Shown: positions 46,597-54,461 of the stretch, one piece after another
How the letters are laid out: each line of letters starts with the position of its first letter
Position numbering within the stretch: position 1 is the stretch's first letter
Assembly: GCA_038063455.1 (NCBI GenBank)
Contig: JBBTVB010000006.1
Coordinates: forward strand, 39,234-103,233
Direction of reading: 5' to 3'
Length of the DNA stretch: 64,000 nucleotides
From: Patescibacteria group bacterium
GTDB taxonomy: Bacteria; Patescibacteriota; Patescibacteriia; PEXW01
Program-made: the position numbers and the translations under genes
Notes under the pieces: generated by a model
Databases searched by the model: none
What the model was told of the DNA's origin: nothing
Seen by the model: only the letters and a program-made list of their open reading frames with translations

Positions 46597-48560
46597 TTGA
46601 GGTTTGCAAAACCAATGCTAAGGGCTTTTTCTGTGTCTGCATACTGTTTCGCTGCCGATGCGGCACCCAGCACGACAGTGACGATTGTTCGGCCCGTGGT
46701 TTTACCTTTTACTTGTGTAATTAAGCAATTACCAGACTCTTCGATGTAGCCGGTCTTAATGCCCGTAACCTGCCAGTCAGTCTCCAGCATTTTATTTCGG
46801 TTCTTAATGGTGTGGGCTTTTTTCGTATTGAGCGTACTAAAACTGTAACTGGTTTTTACTGCGACTTTGGCAATCTGTGGCTTACTCAAAGCTATTGCAG
46901 CCAGTTTTGCCATATCGGCCGCCGACCCTTGGTTGGCAGGGTCGAGACCGGTTGGGTCGGCAAAGGTGAGTGAATCGAGTCCTAAGGCTTTGGCCTTATC
47001 GTTCATGAGCTTCACAAACTGCGCTTCGGTAAGCTTCGTCGAGCGAGCCAGTGCCCGGGTAGCATTGTTTGCCGAACCAATAAGCATGGCATGCCACAAG
47101 TCGTTGGTAGTCATGGTTTCGCCCACGCTCACGTACAGGCACGAACAAATGGCGCCGTCGGTCTTTTGGTAGGTAACAATATTTTTAAACGATGGGTTGC
47201 GATCAAGGTAAACCAATGCCGTCATGAGTTTCGTTAGGCTGGCTACTGGGTGTCGCTCGTCAATATTTTTGCCTGCCACCACCATACCTTTGTCGACATC
47301 GTAGGCAATGGCCGCTGTGCTACTTACGGGCAATGCTACTAGAGCAGTGCTACCGGGATCCGTCGGTGGTAGGGTCGGCTGCGAGGCATCAATCGATTCT
47401 CCTAAAACTTTAGGATCTACGACAGCCACCTTCACCTGGGCTAAGCCGCCATTCTTGCCCTTAATCTTTTTAAAGGCTGTGGAGACAAGGTCAATCACCC
47501 GCCCGCGGACGTACGGCCCGCGCGAAACCACCTTGACCACGGTGGATTTATTATTCTCTAGGTTAGTAACCTTGAGCTTCGTCCCCATGGGGTAACGGTT
47601 GTGCGCCACGCCGTCCGGGTACTTGCGGCTAGCGTACCAGCTGGCAATCCCAATTTCCTCGCCCAGGTCATCCACCACCACCACGTAACCCGCAACGTAC
47701 ACCGTGTTGCCTTGCGTGAGTTCCCACACCTTCTTGGCTGGATTGTAGAAGAGTACGCGCTGGCGCAAAAAACCTTTTTGCGAAACTTTGGGTTGTATAA
47801 CCGCGCCCTTGGCCATCCGCATTAGCACGCCTGCATCTGTGCGAAATGCCAAGAATGCTGCAGGGCTTCTTTGGCTGTAGCGTATTGGGAGTGGTGCCGG
47901 TAGCGCTAGGTCGGGAGTCAAAATAAAAGCCGCTGGTTCAACCAAGGCTTGTGCCCGTAGCGTGTAGGTTGCGGTTGCAGTCGCGGTGCTCATGGCTAGC
48001 GAACCCACGGGTACGGGCAGTATTTGCGTTTGAGGCGTAACCGCAACATCCGGCCCAAGCGCACTGGGCGCCGTTGCGGTGTCAGTAACCGGGACCAGCG
48101 TGGTGTGGAGCCAGCGTGTCGTGCCAATCATCATGTTGGCCGCATCAAGTTTTGTGCCTACAATATTCCACATGTTTGCCACTGGGTCGTACCCCAGCAA
48201 AACCGTAGCGGTGCTTGGCACCGGCGTAGCTTTTACCTTTAGCCAAAGTGTGTTACTCGCTTGGGTTTCGGAGGCGACAGTATCAATCTGCAAACGAAAG
48301 ACCGTCCCGGCTGCAAGGTAGCGCGCGGGCAACGGTATAGGAAGGGGCGCATCTGGCGTAATGGTAACGTTTGCCGGCGCGCTAAAAAGGTTGGGGCGCA
48401 AGCCAAGAATAAACTGGTCGCCCACCCGAACTTCCGTACCCTTGGAGGCGTAGTCGGTGGTCAGCTCCCGCACTGTCGGCTCGGCAGCACTGGCTGGCAG
48501 CGCAACTGCAAGCAACGCGAGGAGACTAAGTGTTATGATAATTTGCGGTCTACTTGTCAT
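46593..48560 (-). CDS. Exported RlpA (DPBB) + peptidase S11 D-Ala-D-Ala carboxypeptidase fusion
   Basis: Signal peptide; GIASWY...AHNRYPMGTKLKVTN...RGPYVRGRVIDL; then ASLTKL, SAN, DPTGL and KTG. Confidence 0.88.
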   Translation of the reverse strand: MTSRPQIIITLSLLALLAVALPASAAEPTVRELTTDYASKGTEVRVGDQFILGLRPNLFSAPANVTITPDAPLPIPLPARYLAAGTVFRLQIDTVASETQASNTLWLKVKATPVPSTATVLLGYDPVANMWNIVGTKLDAANMMIGTTRWLHTTLVPVTDTATAPSALGPDVAVTPQTQILPVPVGSLAMSTATATATYTLRAQALVEPAAFILTPDLALPAPLPIRYSQRSPAAFLAFRTDAGVLMRMAKGAVIQPKVSQKGFLRQRVLFYNPAKKVWELTQGNTVYVAGYVVVVDDLGEEIGIASWYASRKYPDGVAHNRYPMGTKLKVTNLENNKSTVVKVVSRGPYVRGRVIDLVSTAFKKIKGKNGGLAQVKVAVVDPKVLGESIDASQPTLPPTDPGSTALVALPVSSTAAIAYDVDKGMVVAGKNIDERHPVASLTKLMTALVYLDRNPSFKNIVTYQKTDGAICSCLYVSVGETMTTNDLWHAMLIGSANNATRALARSTKLTEAQFVKLMNDKAKALGLDSLTFADPTGLDPANQGSAADMAKLAAIALSKPQIAKVAVKTSYSFSTLNTKKAHTIKNRNKMLETDWQVTGIKTGYIEESGNCLITQVKGKTTGRTIVTVVLGAASAAKQYADTEKALSIGFANLK

Positions 48561-48598
48561 ACGTGCAATGATTGGTTACACTCGATTTCGCGGTACCT

Positions 48599-48672
48599 GC
48601 GGGTATAGTACAGTGGTAGTATGCGTCCTTCCCATGGATGAGATACGGGTTCGATTCCCGTTACCCGCTCCA
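48599..48672 (+). tRNA. tRNA-Gly(CCC)
   Basis: GCGGGTA/TACCCGC acceptor, CGTCC-TTCCCAT-GGATG anticodon arm and TCCA end. Confidence 0.96.
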
Positions 48673-48781
48673 GAGGTAAGCTTGCCAATTTGGAGTCTTA
48701 GACTGAACAGAGGTTTATACTTTGAATAGACAGAGGGAATCGAACGGGTGCGACCCATTGGGAGCACCCCGGCCCACAGGG

Positions 48782-48802
48782 CGATTCCCGTTACCCGCTC
48801 CA
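48782..48802 (+). repeat. 21-bp direct repeat of the tRNA-Gly 3' end
   Basis: CGATTCCCGTTACCCGCTCCA, identical to 48652-48672. Confidence 0.9.
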
Positions 48803-48878
48803 GCTCGTTTCGCGCTTCGTGCTCGCGTACGCTGCGCACCTGTCGCGCGGGGACCCCAGGGGAAAGTTTGAAAGATGT

Positions 48879-48954
48879 GCCGATGTAGCTCAGCTGGTAG
48901 AGCAATGCTTTCGTAAAGCATGGGTCGGAGGTTCGAATCCTCTCATCGGCTCCA
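48879..48954 (+). tRNA. tRNA-Thr(CGT)
   Basis: GCCGATG/CATCGGC acceptor, ATGCT-TTCGTAA-AGCAT anticodon arm and CCA. Confidence 0.97.
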
Positions 48955-49104
48955 GCTCGTTACGGGCGTCGGGTTCCGCGTCCCCGCATCCGCGAGGCCG
49001 CTGCACCCTCAACCCGCAACTTCGCTTGACCCCACGACCGCGTGCTCGTCGTCCCGCGCAAGCGCGTGACTCCTGCGCGCCACGCTCGTGGGGACCCCGG
49101 GAAG
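48955..49104 (+). repeat. tRNA 3'-trailer repeat
   Basis: Starts GCTCGTT right after CCA; core TCGCTTGACCCCACGACCGCGTGCTC...GCGCGCCACGCTCGTGGGGA is shared with 51406-51541 and 52612-52763. Confidence 0.85.
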
Positions 49105-50214
49105 CTATTCCTGCGTGTTTGTATTTGCGTCAGCTTCAGGGTCACAGGCAGGCTCGGTTTTTGCTTGCACGCCGCACTCGGCTTCCCACCGGAATCGGGG
49201 TTCGAACAGCATTACCCGGCTTTCCTTCACTTTCGTATTTACCGTATCTTGTAGCCAGGTGTTAAAGTTGGGGGCTTTCAAAATTCGGCGCAGCGTGTAC
49301 ATCGTGCCATCGGCCTTCTTGGCGGCAGCTTCGGTTTTTTCCACCTGTACAATTTCGTAGCCGCGTGTGGTTTCCAGCACCTCGCTCACCTGCCCGGCCT
49401 TTAAGGCTTTCAGGGCTGTTGCTGCATCCCCGTACGCTTCTTCAAGCTGCTTGGTATTCAAAGCATCGAGCAAGCCACTCTTGGCTGCCGAGGCATCGTC
49501 GCTCTTCGCTTTAGCCACATCACCAAAAGTCTTGGCGTCTTTGGCAACGCCGTCCCGAATCCCCTGCGTTTCTTTCTTGGCGTCTGCATAAAACCCCGCC
49601 GCAATCTTATCCTGCACCACTTGCGGTTTTATGAGTTTGGCTTTGAACTGTGCCACGTCCCAGCCGTAAAGCTGCTGGATGTACTTTTCAACCTCCGTGG
49701 CATTGCCCGACTGCTCGACATAACTGTCGTAGGTTGCATCAATATCGGCTTGCGTAACGGTAATATTTTTTTCCTCAGCAATTGTGTTAAGTACGCTTTC
49801 CCCGACCATCTTATTTAAAATAATCCGGCGCGTGTATACATCCTGGCTCAGACCCAGTTTATCGGCAGCGTCAGGGGCAGCATTGCGTTCCAAAAAGCTA
49901 GAAATGTTTGGCACGTCGGTCTGGTATTCGTGGTACGACAGCCAATCCCCGCCCACCACGGCCACCGGGAATGGGATGTACTTGGCTAGCCACAGCAATG
50001 CATCATTTTGCCAGCTAAAACGCATGTAGCCTACGGCAAAAACCAAAACAATTGCCACAATACCTGCCCCAACCCACAGGCCAATACGCTTGAGCCAATG
50101 AATGTGTGGCGGGGGCAGTTGCTTGAGTTCTGGGTGGGCAGGATTTGGCAGCTCATGCTCTGGCTTGCTGAGTTCGCTGCGGACGGCTTCGTGATCGGGG
50201 TGGATGTCTGGCAT
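49105..50214 (-). CDS. SurA/PrsA-like peptidyl-prolyl isomerase chaperone
   Basis: TM anchor, PFPVAVV, FGDVAKAKSDD..SAAKSGLL and GQVSEVLETTRGYEIVQV. Confidence 0.85.
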   Translation of the reverse strand: MPDIHPDHEAVRSELSKPEHELPNPAHPELKQLPPPHIHWLKRIGLWVGAGIVAIVLVFAVGYMRFSWQNDALLWLAKYIPFPVAVVGGDWLSYHEYQTDVPNISSFLERNAAPDAADKLGLSQDVYTRRIILNKMVGESVLNTIAEEKNITVTQADIDATYDSYVEQSGNATEVEKYIQQLYGWDVAQFKAKLIKPQVVQDKIAAGFYADAKKETQGIRDGVAKDAKTFGDVAKAKSDDASAAKSGLLDALNTKQLEEAYGDAATALKALKAGQVSEVLETTRGYEIVQVEKTEAAAKKADGTMYTLRRILKAPNFNTWLQDTVNTKVKESRVMLFEPRFRWEAECGVQAKTEPACDPEADANTNTQE

Positions 50215-50219
50215 GGGAA

Positions 50220-50630
50220 TTAGTTACGGGCGGGCCTAAAGAAGAATTTCCACCAACGCTGAGAGTTCGACGTACCGCCAGCATCGGTGTGAGTTGCAAC
50301 TTCGGAATCGGTTGTAGAAAGTTGTCGGGTTTCGGGCAAGATGAGCAGGGATTCCCCGGGGCGCTGCACGTTCAGCCGCTTGCGGGCTTCCCGCTCGCGA
50401 AAGCTATCGGTGTTAATCGAGGCGACGTACTCGCCTAACGTTCGGTTTTGCGCTTCCAACTCGGCGATCTGCTGTTCCAGGGTAGCAACTTCTTCTCGAA
50501 GGGAAAGCCTGCGCACCACTTCTTTGGTAATGCCGACCACCAAAAAAGCGATAAGCAGTATTTCAAAAACGATCACGCCTCGAGACGTCAGCGCGCGCCG
50601 TAATGCTCGTTTGCGTTCTTGATTTCTCAT
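50220..50630 (-). CDS. Septum formation initiator (FtsB/DivIC family)
   Basis: TM plus coiled coil and EREARKRLNVQRPGE. Confidence 0.85.
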   Translation of the reverse strand: MRNQERKRALRRALTSRGVIVFEILLIAFLVVGITKEVVRRLSLREEVATLEQQIAELEAQNRTLGEYVASINTDSFREREARKRLNVQRPGESLLILPETRQLSTTDSEVATHTDAGGTSNSQRWWKFFFRPARN

Positions 50631-50713
50631 GGCAGGACATTGGTTTTACGCTTGTACATTGTCACACAATCGTCTGTGTTCGTCAACCCAGGACCACTTT
50701 GCACCTGTTACAA

Positions 50714-51397
50714 CTAGACTATTTCCTCACGCGTAACCTCGCGTGCATCACCGGGGGCGAGCGCACCAAGCACAAGCCTGTTAATACGCACTCGAGTAAG
50801 ACGCAGAACATCCACCTGGACCCGCCCAAACATGCGACGGATTTGCCGCTTCCAGCCCTGGTGTAAAACCACGCGATAGGTCTTTGGTCCGACCTCTTCT
50901 AGCTTGTCAAAATAGGCCCGACCCTCTTGGAGCTTTACCCCTTGCCGCAGCTCGGCCAGTGCATCAGCATCCAAATGGTGCGACGTGCCAATTTCGTACT
51001 CTTTTTCGTGCTGGAAGCGCGGGTGGGTTAGCTCATTTGCAAGCGCGCCGTCATTGGTCAGCAGCATGAGCCCCTCGGAGTCCTTGTCGAGGCGGCCGGC
51101 AATAACTAGGTCGCGCACGCCTGGGATGATGTCATAAATGGTTCGCTCACTTTTGTACTGCGCCCGCGTCGAAACCACGCCAACAGGTTTGTTGACGGCA
51201 AGATACCGAAACGTCGTAGGTGGTTTTAAGTCGATCCCATCCACCCGCACCGTATCTTTTTCCGGGTCAATACTGGTGCCGAGCTTGGCGACTTGCAAGC
51301 CATTTACAAAAACTTTCCCAGCCGAAATCAGCGTCTCGGCTTTCCGCCGTGACACTATGCCGGTACTGGCAATGAATTTATGGAGACGGGTCAACAT
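50714..51397 (-). CDS. RsuA/RluB family rRNA pseudouridine synthase
   Basis: S4 domain RLHKFIA..SRRKAE, NKPVG, GRLDKDSEGL, KEY and GWKRQIRRM. Confidence 0.93.
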   Translation of the reverse strand: MLTRLHKFIASTGIVSRRKAETLISAGKVFVNGLQVAKLGTSIDPEKDTVRVDGIDLKPPTTFRYLAVNKPVGVVSTRAQYKSERTIYDIIPGVRDLVIAGRLDKDSEGLMLLTNDGALANELTHPRFQHEKEYEIGTSHHLDADALAELRQGVKLQEGRAYFDKLEEVGPKTYRVVLHQGWKRQIRRMFGRVQVDVLRLTRVRINRLVLGALAPGDAREVTREEIV

Positions 51398-51405
51398 AGC
51401 TATGC

Positions 51406-51541
51406 TTGGGGTCCCCGTGAGCGTGGCGCGCACGAACGCAGTGAGGAGCACGCGGTCATGGGGTCAAGCGAGGCTTCGTCCCCGACTGCGGAGCGGGTTC
51501 GGCGCTGGCGGATACGCGGAGCGAAGAGGGGCGAAACGAGC
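51406..51541 (-). repeat. tRNA 3'-trailer repeat after tRNA-Trp
   Basis: GCTCGTTTCG...TCGCTTGACCCCATGACCGCGTGCTC...GCGCGCCACGCTCACGGGGACCCC. Confidence 0.85.
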
Positions 51542-51616
51542 TGGCGGGGGCACTAGGATTCGAACCTAGAATAACGGTTTTGGAGACCGTTGTGATAACC
51601 GTTTCACCATGCCCCC
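51542..51616 (-). tRNA. tRNA-Trp(CCA)
   Basis: GGGGGCA/TGCCCCC acceptor, ACGGT-CTCCAAA-ACCGT anticodon arm and CCA. Confidence 0.97.
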
Positions 51617-51622
51617 AAGTTG

Positions 51623-51868
51623 TTAAGCAATAGCGAGACGTTTCTTCAATGCTTGCAATGCGGAGCCATATGCTTTCAATTTCTGTTCTCGCACCCTTGC
51701 CAAAGCTTCGTTATTATAAGCTTCATAATACACCAGCTCTGGCTTATCCATGTGGCGCGTTGTTTGCGTCTGACCTTGCGCGTGTTCAGCGAGGCGACGC
51801 TGAAGATTGTTGGTCGAGCCAATATAATTTCGACCCTGTGCATCCTTTAGTAAATAGACGTAATACAT
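51623..51868 (-). CDS. Small GIY-YIG nuclease
   Basis: MYYVYLL...YIGSTNNLQRRLAEH...LVYYEAY...ARVREQKLK. Confidence 0.93.
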   Translation of the reverse strand: MYYVYLLKDAQGRNYIGSTNNLQRRLAEHAQGQTQTTRHMDKPELVYYEAYNNEALARVREQKLKAYGSALQALKKRLAIA

Positions 51869-51871
51869 AGT

Positions 51872-51968
51872 GGTTTTGGACCCAGCCCTTCGCGAAGGGC
51901 TGGGTAGAGACCGCTGCCTGCCCAGCCATGCGCGCATGGCTGGGTGATAGCCGTTTCACCATGCCCCC
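51872..51968 (-). pseudogene. 5' half of tRNA-Trp interrupted by two palindromes
   Basis: GGGGGCATGGTGAAACGGCTATCAC[hairpin]..CGGTCT[hairpin]CCAAAACC matches the intact tRNA-Trp. Confidence 0.85.
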
Positions 51969-51995
51969 ATAGGGTGTAAACGCGTTGTAAAGACG

Positions 51996-52151
51996 TTATT
52001 TCGTTTCCTTATGCAACGTATGCTTGCCGCACCAGGTGCAGTGTTTCTTCAACTCTAAGCGACCCTTGAGGGTCTTCTTATTTTTTTTCGAATGGTAGTT
52101 TACGTGCTTGCAAACTGTGCACTCGAGATTTATCAGGTTGTCTTGGGACAT
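51996..52151 (-). CDS. rpmG: 50S ribosomal protein L33
   Basis: [15 protein letters not shown]...[18 protein letters not shown]. Confidence 0.97.
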   Translation of the reverse strand: MSQDNLINLECTVCKHVNYHSKKNKKTLKGRLELKKHCTWCGKHTLHKETK

Positions 52152-52190
52152 ACTATTATGAGTAATGAAGAAATGTATTAAATATTTCGC

Positions 52191-52266
52191 TGGAGCCACC
52201 CGTCGGATTCGAACCGACGACCTTCGCTTTACAAAAGCGTTGCTCTACCAGCTGAGCTAGGGTGGC
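52191..52266 (-). tRNA. tRNA-Thr(TGT)
   Basis: GCCACCC/GGGTGGC acceptor, CGCT-TTTGTAA-AGCG anticodon arm, TTCGAAT loop and CCA. Confidence 0.95.
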
Positions 52267-52284
52267 CTAGGTTCTGGTAACCGA

Positions 52285-52360
52285 GGTGCCGGAGACCCCG
52301 CCGTGGCGGGGCGACCTTCGCTTTACAAAAGCGTTGCTCTACCAGCTGAGCTACTCCGGC
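52285..52360 (-). pseudogene. tRNA-Thr(TGT)-like copy with the T-arm replaced by a GC hairpin
   Basis: GCCGGAG/CTCCGGC acceptor; D and anticodon arms identical to the intact gene; CCCCGCC-AC-GGCGGGG in place of the T arm. Confidence 0.8.
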
Positions 52361-52421
52361 AAGATTTTGAAGAACTACGAGGATCCCGCGTCCGCCTCCA
52401 TAGTAGCAGCAAACGGGCGGG

Positions 52422-52565
52422 ACAAAAGCGTTGCTCTTCCGGGGTGCTCCCGATGGGTCGCACCCGTCCCGCCTACGGCGGGACCCAGCTGAGTCCCGAC
52501 ACCGCGTTGCGGTGTCGCGGATCCTCGCCCCGACGATGCTACGTCGTGGGCGGGACTATCCCGGC
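52422..52565 (-). pseudogene. tRNA-Thr(TGT) 5' half interrupted by palindromic inserts
   Basis: GCCGGGATAG[62 bp]CTCAGCTGG[insert]AGAGCAACGCTTTTGT. Confidence 0.8.
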
Positions 52566-52611
52566 AAATTTTGAAAGTCAGTTGAGTGACATAGTCGTAC
52601 TTTTCAAGAAT

Positions 52612-52763
52612 CTTCTCGGGGATTCCCCACGAGCGTGGCGCGCAGGAGTCACGCGCTTGCGCGAGACGACGAGCACGCGGTCGTGGGGTCAAGCGAGGCT
52701 TCGTGCGATGGGCGCAGTGGGCTGCCGAATGGCGGCACACGGAGCTCGGAGCGCGAAACGAGC
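52612..52763 (-). repeat. tRNA 3'-trailer repeat after tRNA-Thr(GGT)
   Basis: Core near-identical to ~49021-49093. Confidence 0.85.
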
Positions 52764-52839
52764 TGGAGCCGATGGCCGGAATTGAACCGGCGACCTACTC
52801 CTTACCATGGAGTTGCTCTACCAGCTGAGCTACATCGGC
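52764..52839 (-). tRNA. tRNA-Thr(GGT)
   Basis: GCCGATG/CATCGGC acceptor, ACTCC-ATGGTAA-GGAGT anticodon arm and CCA. Confidence 0.97.
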
Positions 52840-52883
52840 ATAATGTTTGGAAAACGTTTGTCAGGTTCAAGGTGCAAGGCCTC

Positions 52884-52957
52884 GCTGAGTCCCGACCCCG
52901 TAGGGGTCGTGGATCCTCGCCCCGACGCTGCTGCGTCGTGGGCGGGACTACATCGGC
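52884..52957 (-). pseudogene. tRNA-Thr 5' end interrupted by a 58-bp palindromic insert
   Basis: GCCGATGTAG[TCCCGCCC...GTCGGGA]CTCAGC. Confidence 0.75.
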
Positions 52958-52980
52958 ATATAGATTGGGAACCTACGACT

Positions 52981-53871
52981 CTACAATTCTTTCACGGCTT
53001 GTGCAAGTTCCTCAAGTTTTTGATTCTCTGGGTTAGCGGCTTGTAGTTTTTCGAGTGCTGCTTTTGCGAGATTTTTTCGTTTGCTAGTTAGTGCAAACTG
53101 GAGCAACGCATCGAGATACTTTGGGTTTGCCGGTTCCAGTTTAACGGCTTCTTGGTACGCAGTCTCGGCTTTGTCGATGTTGCCCAGGTTTTCTTCGGTG
53201 ACACCCAGTTCATAGTGCGTACCTGCAGTGAGGGCGTTGAGGCTCACAGACTTTAAATAGTCGGCTTCCGCTTCGGCAAACTTCCCTTCCTGGGTGTCAA
53301 TATTACCCAACCGCGCGTAGGCAACATCGCTATCTTGCTGCAACTTGAGTACGAACTTCAGAGCTTCGCGAGCATTGACGTAATCTTTGCGGGCAGTTGC
53401 AGCATCGGCCAATCCCAGGTACGCGTCAATATTCTTAGGGTCTAAGCTGACGACATCCACAAAGTGCTGCTCGGCCCGGGGCCAATCCCCTGCCGCAACC
53501 GCAGTTTGCGCTTCGGTGAGGGCGGCGGCAACTTTTGCGCGCAGCGCATCCGGGTCGTCAATGGCTTGCTGCACCACAATCTTCCGACGATACTCGCGTT
53601 CTAACTGCGTCAATTTTGTAAAAATGTTTTGTCCGGTGGTGCGCACGCCGCGGAAAAAACTAGCAAACCCCTTGGCAATAACCGCTTCCACATTCCCGAG
53701 CTTCTGCTGCAGGCGCTTATCTAAAATTTGCTGTTTGCGAAGTTGATGCTGGTGCTTCGGTATAGCTTCAATGCGGATGCTAGCCAACTGCGGCAGCTTA
53801 CGCCACACAACCACCGCGCAGGCAGCCACGCTAGCGGCAAACACTCCTAGTAAAATCCAATCAACAAGCAT
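52981..53871 (-). CDS. Membrane-anchored TPR protein
   Basis: N-terminal TM; repeats LDPKNIDAYLGLA and AVKLEPANPKYLD. Confidence 0.9.
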   Translation of the reverse strand: MLVDWILLGVFAASVAACAVVVWRKLPQLASIRIEAIPKHQHQLRKQQILDKRLQQKLGNVEAVIAKGFASFFRGVRTTGQNIFTKLTQLEREYRRKIVVQQAIDDPDALRAKVAAALTEAQTAVAAGDWPRAEQHFVDVVSLDPKNIDAYLGLADAATARKDYVNAREALKFVLKLQQDSDVAYARLGNIDTQEGKFAEAEADYLKSVSLNALTAGTHYELGVTEENLGNIDKAETAYQEAVKLEPANPKYLDALLQFALTSKRKNLAKAALEKLQAANPENQKLEELAQAVKEL

Positions 53872-53872
53872 A

Positions 53873-54457
53873 CTAGACCGTCACCCGCACAAATTCTTTC
53901 ACCTGAATATTTTCACCCATACGCTGGACTGCTTCATGCACCACCGAGGCTACGGTCTTGGAATCATCCTTGAAAAACTTTTGCTCCAGCAGGCAGTTGT
54001 CCTCCGCAAATTTCTTAACCTTGCCTTGCACAATACTCTCTACAATATTTGCAGGCTTGCCGGCAGCCTGGGTGCGGGCAATCTCCTCTTCTTGGGCCCG
54101 AACCTCGGCAGGAATGTCTTCGGCCGCTAAATACGTTGGGTTGGCCGCAGCCACGTGCATGGCCAGGTCGTGGGCCAAGGTTTGGAAATCCTCGGTCCGA
54201 GCGACAAAGTCGGTTTCACACGCCACCGATACCAGTGTTACCAATTTCTTGTTGGAATGTTCGTACACCCCCACCACCCCTTCGTGCGTGGCGCGGCTAG
54301 CCTTTTTGTCGGCAACTTTCTTACCGCCCTTGCGCAGTGCCGTGATGGCCGCTTCAATATCGCCGCCACTTTCTTCGAGCGCGCGTTTGGCATCCATCAT
54401 GCCAACGCCGGTACGCTCACGCAGCGTTTGAATATCGCTCACGGGAATATTCGCCAT
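53873..54457 (-). CDS. tsf: Elongation factor Ts (short form)
   Basis: LRERTGVGMMDAKRAL, CETDFVAR and MHVAA; follows rpsB. Confidence 0.97.
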   Translation of the reverse strand: MANIPVSDIQTLRERTGVGMMDAKRALEESGGDIEAAITALRKGGKKVADKKASRATHEGVVGVYEHSNKKLVTLVSVACETDFVARTEDFQTLAHDLAMHVAAANPTYLAAEDIPAEVRAQEEEIARTQAAGKPANIVESIVQGKVKKFAEDNCLLEQKFFKDDSKTVASVVHEAVQRMGENIQVKEFVRVTV

Positions 54458-54461
54458 ATGT

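Noticed and set aside
48819-52785. ORFs sharing the peptide SPRAWRAGVTRLR.TTSTRSWGQA (48960-49145, 52303-52785 and similar)
   Set aside because: Translations of the non-coding tRNA-trailer repeat and tRNA sequences.
48599-52957. CRISPR array or prophage att sites
   Set aside because: The repeats are irregularly spaced, tRNA-derived and on both strands; no cas or integrase genes are present.
52422-52957. tRNA introns
   Set aside because: The interrupted copies lack 3' halves, so removing the inserts would not yield a complete tRNA.
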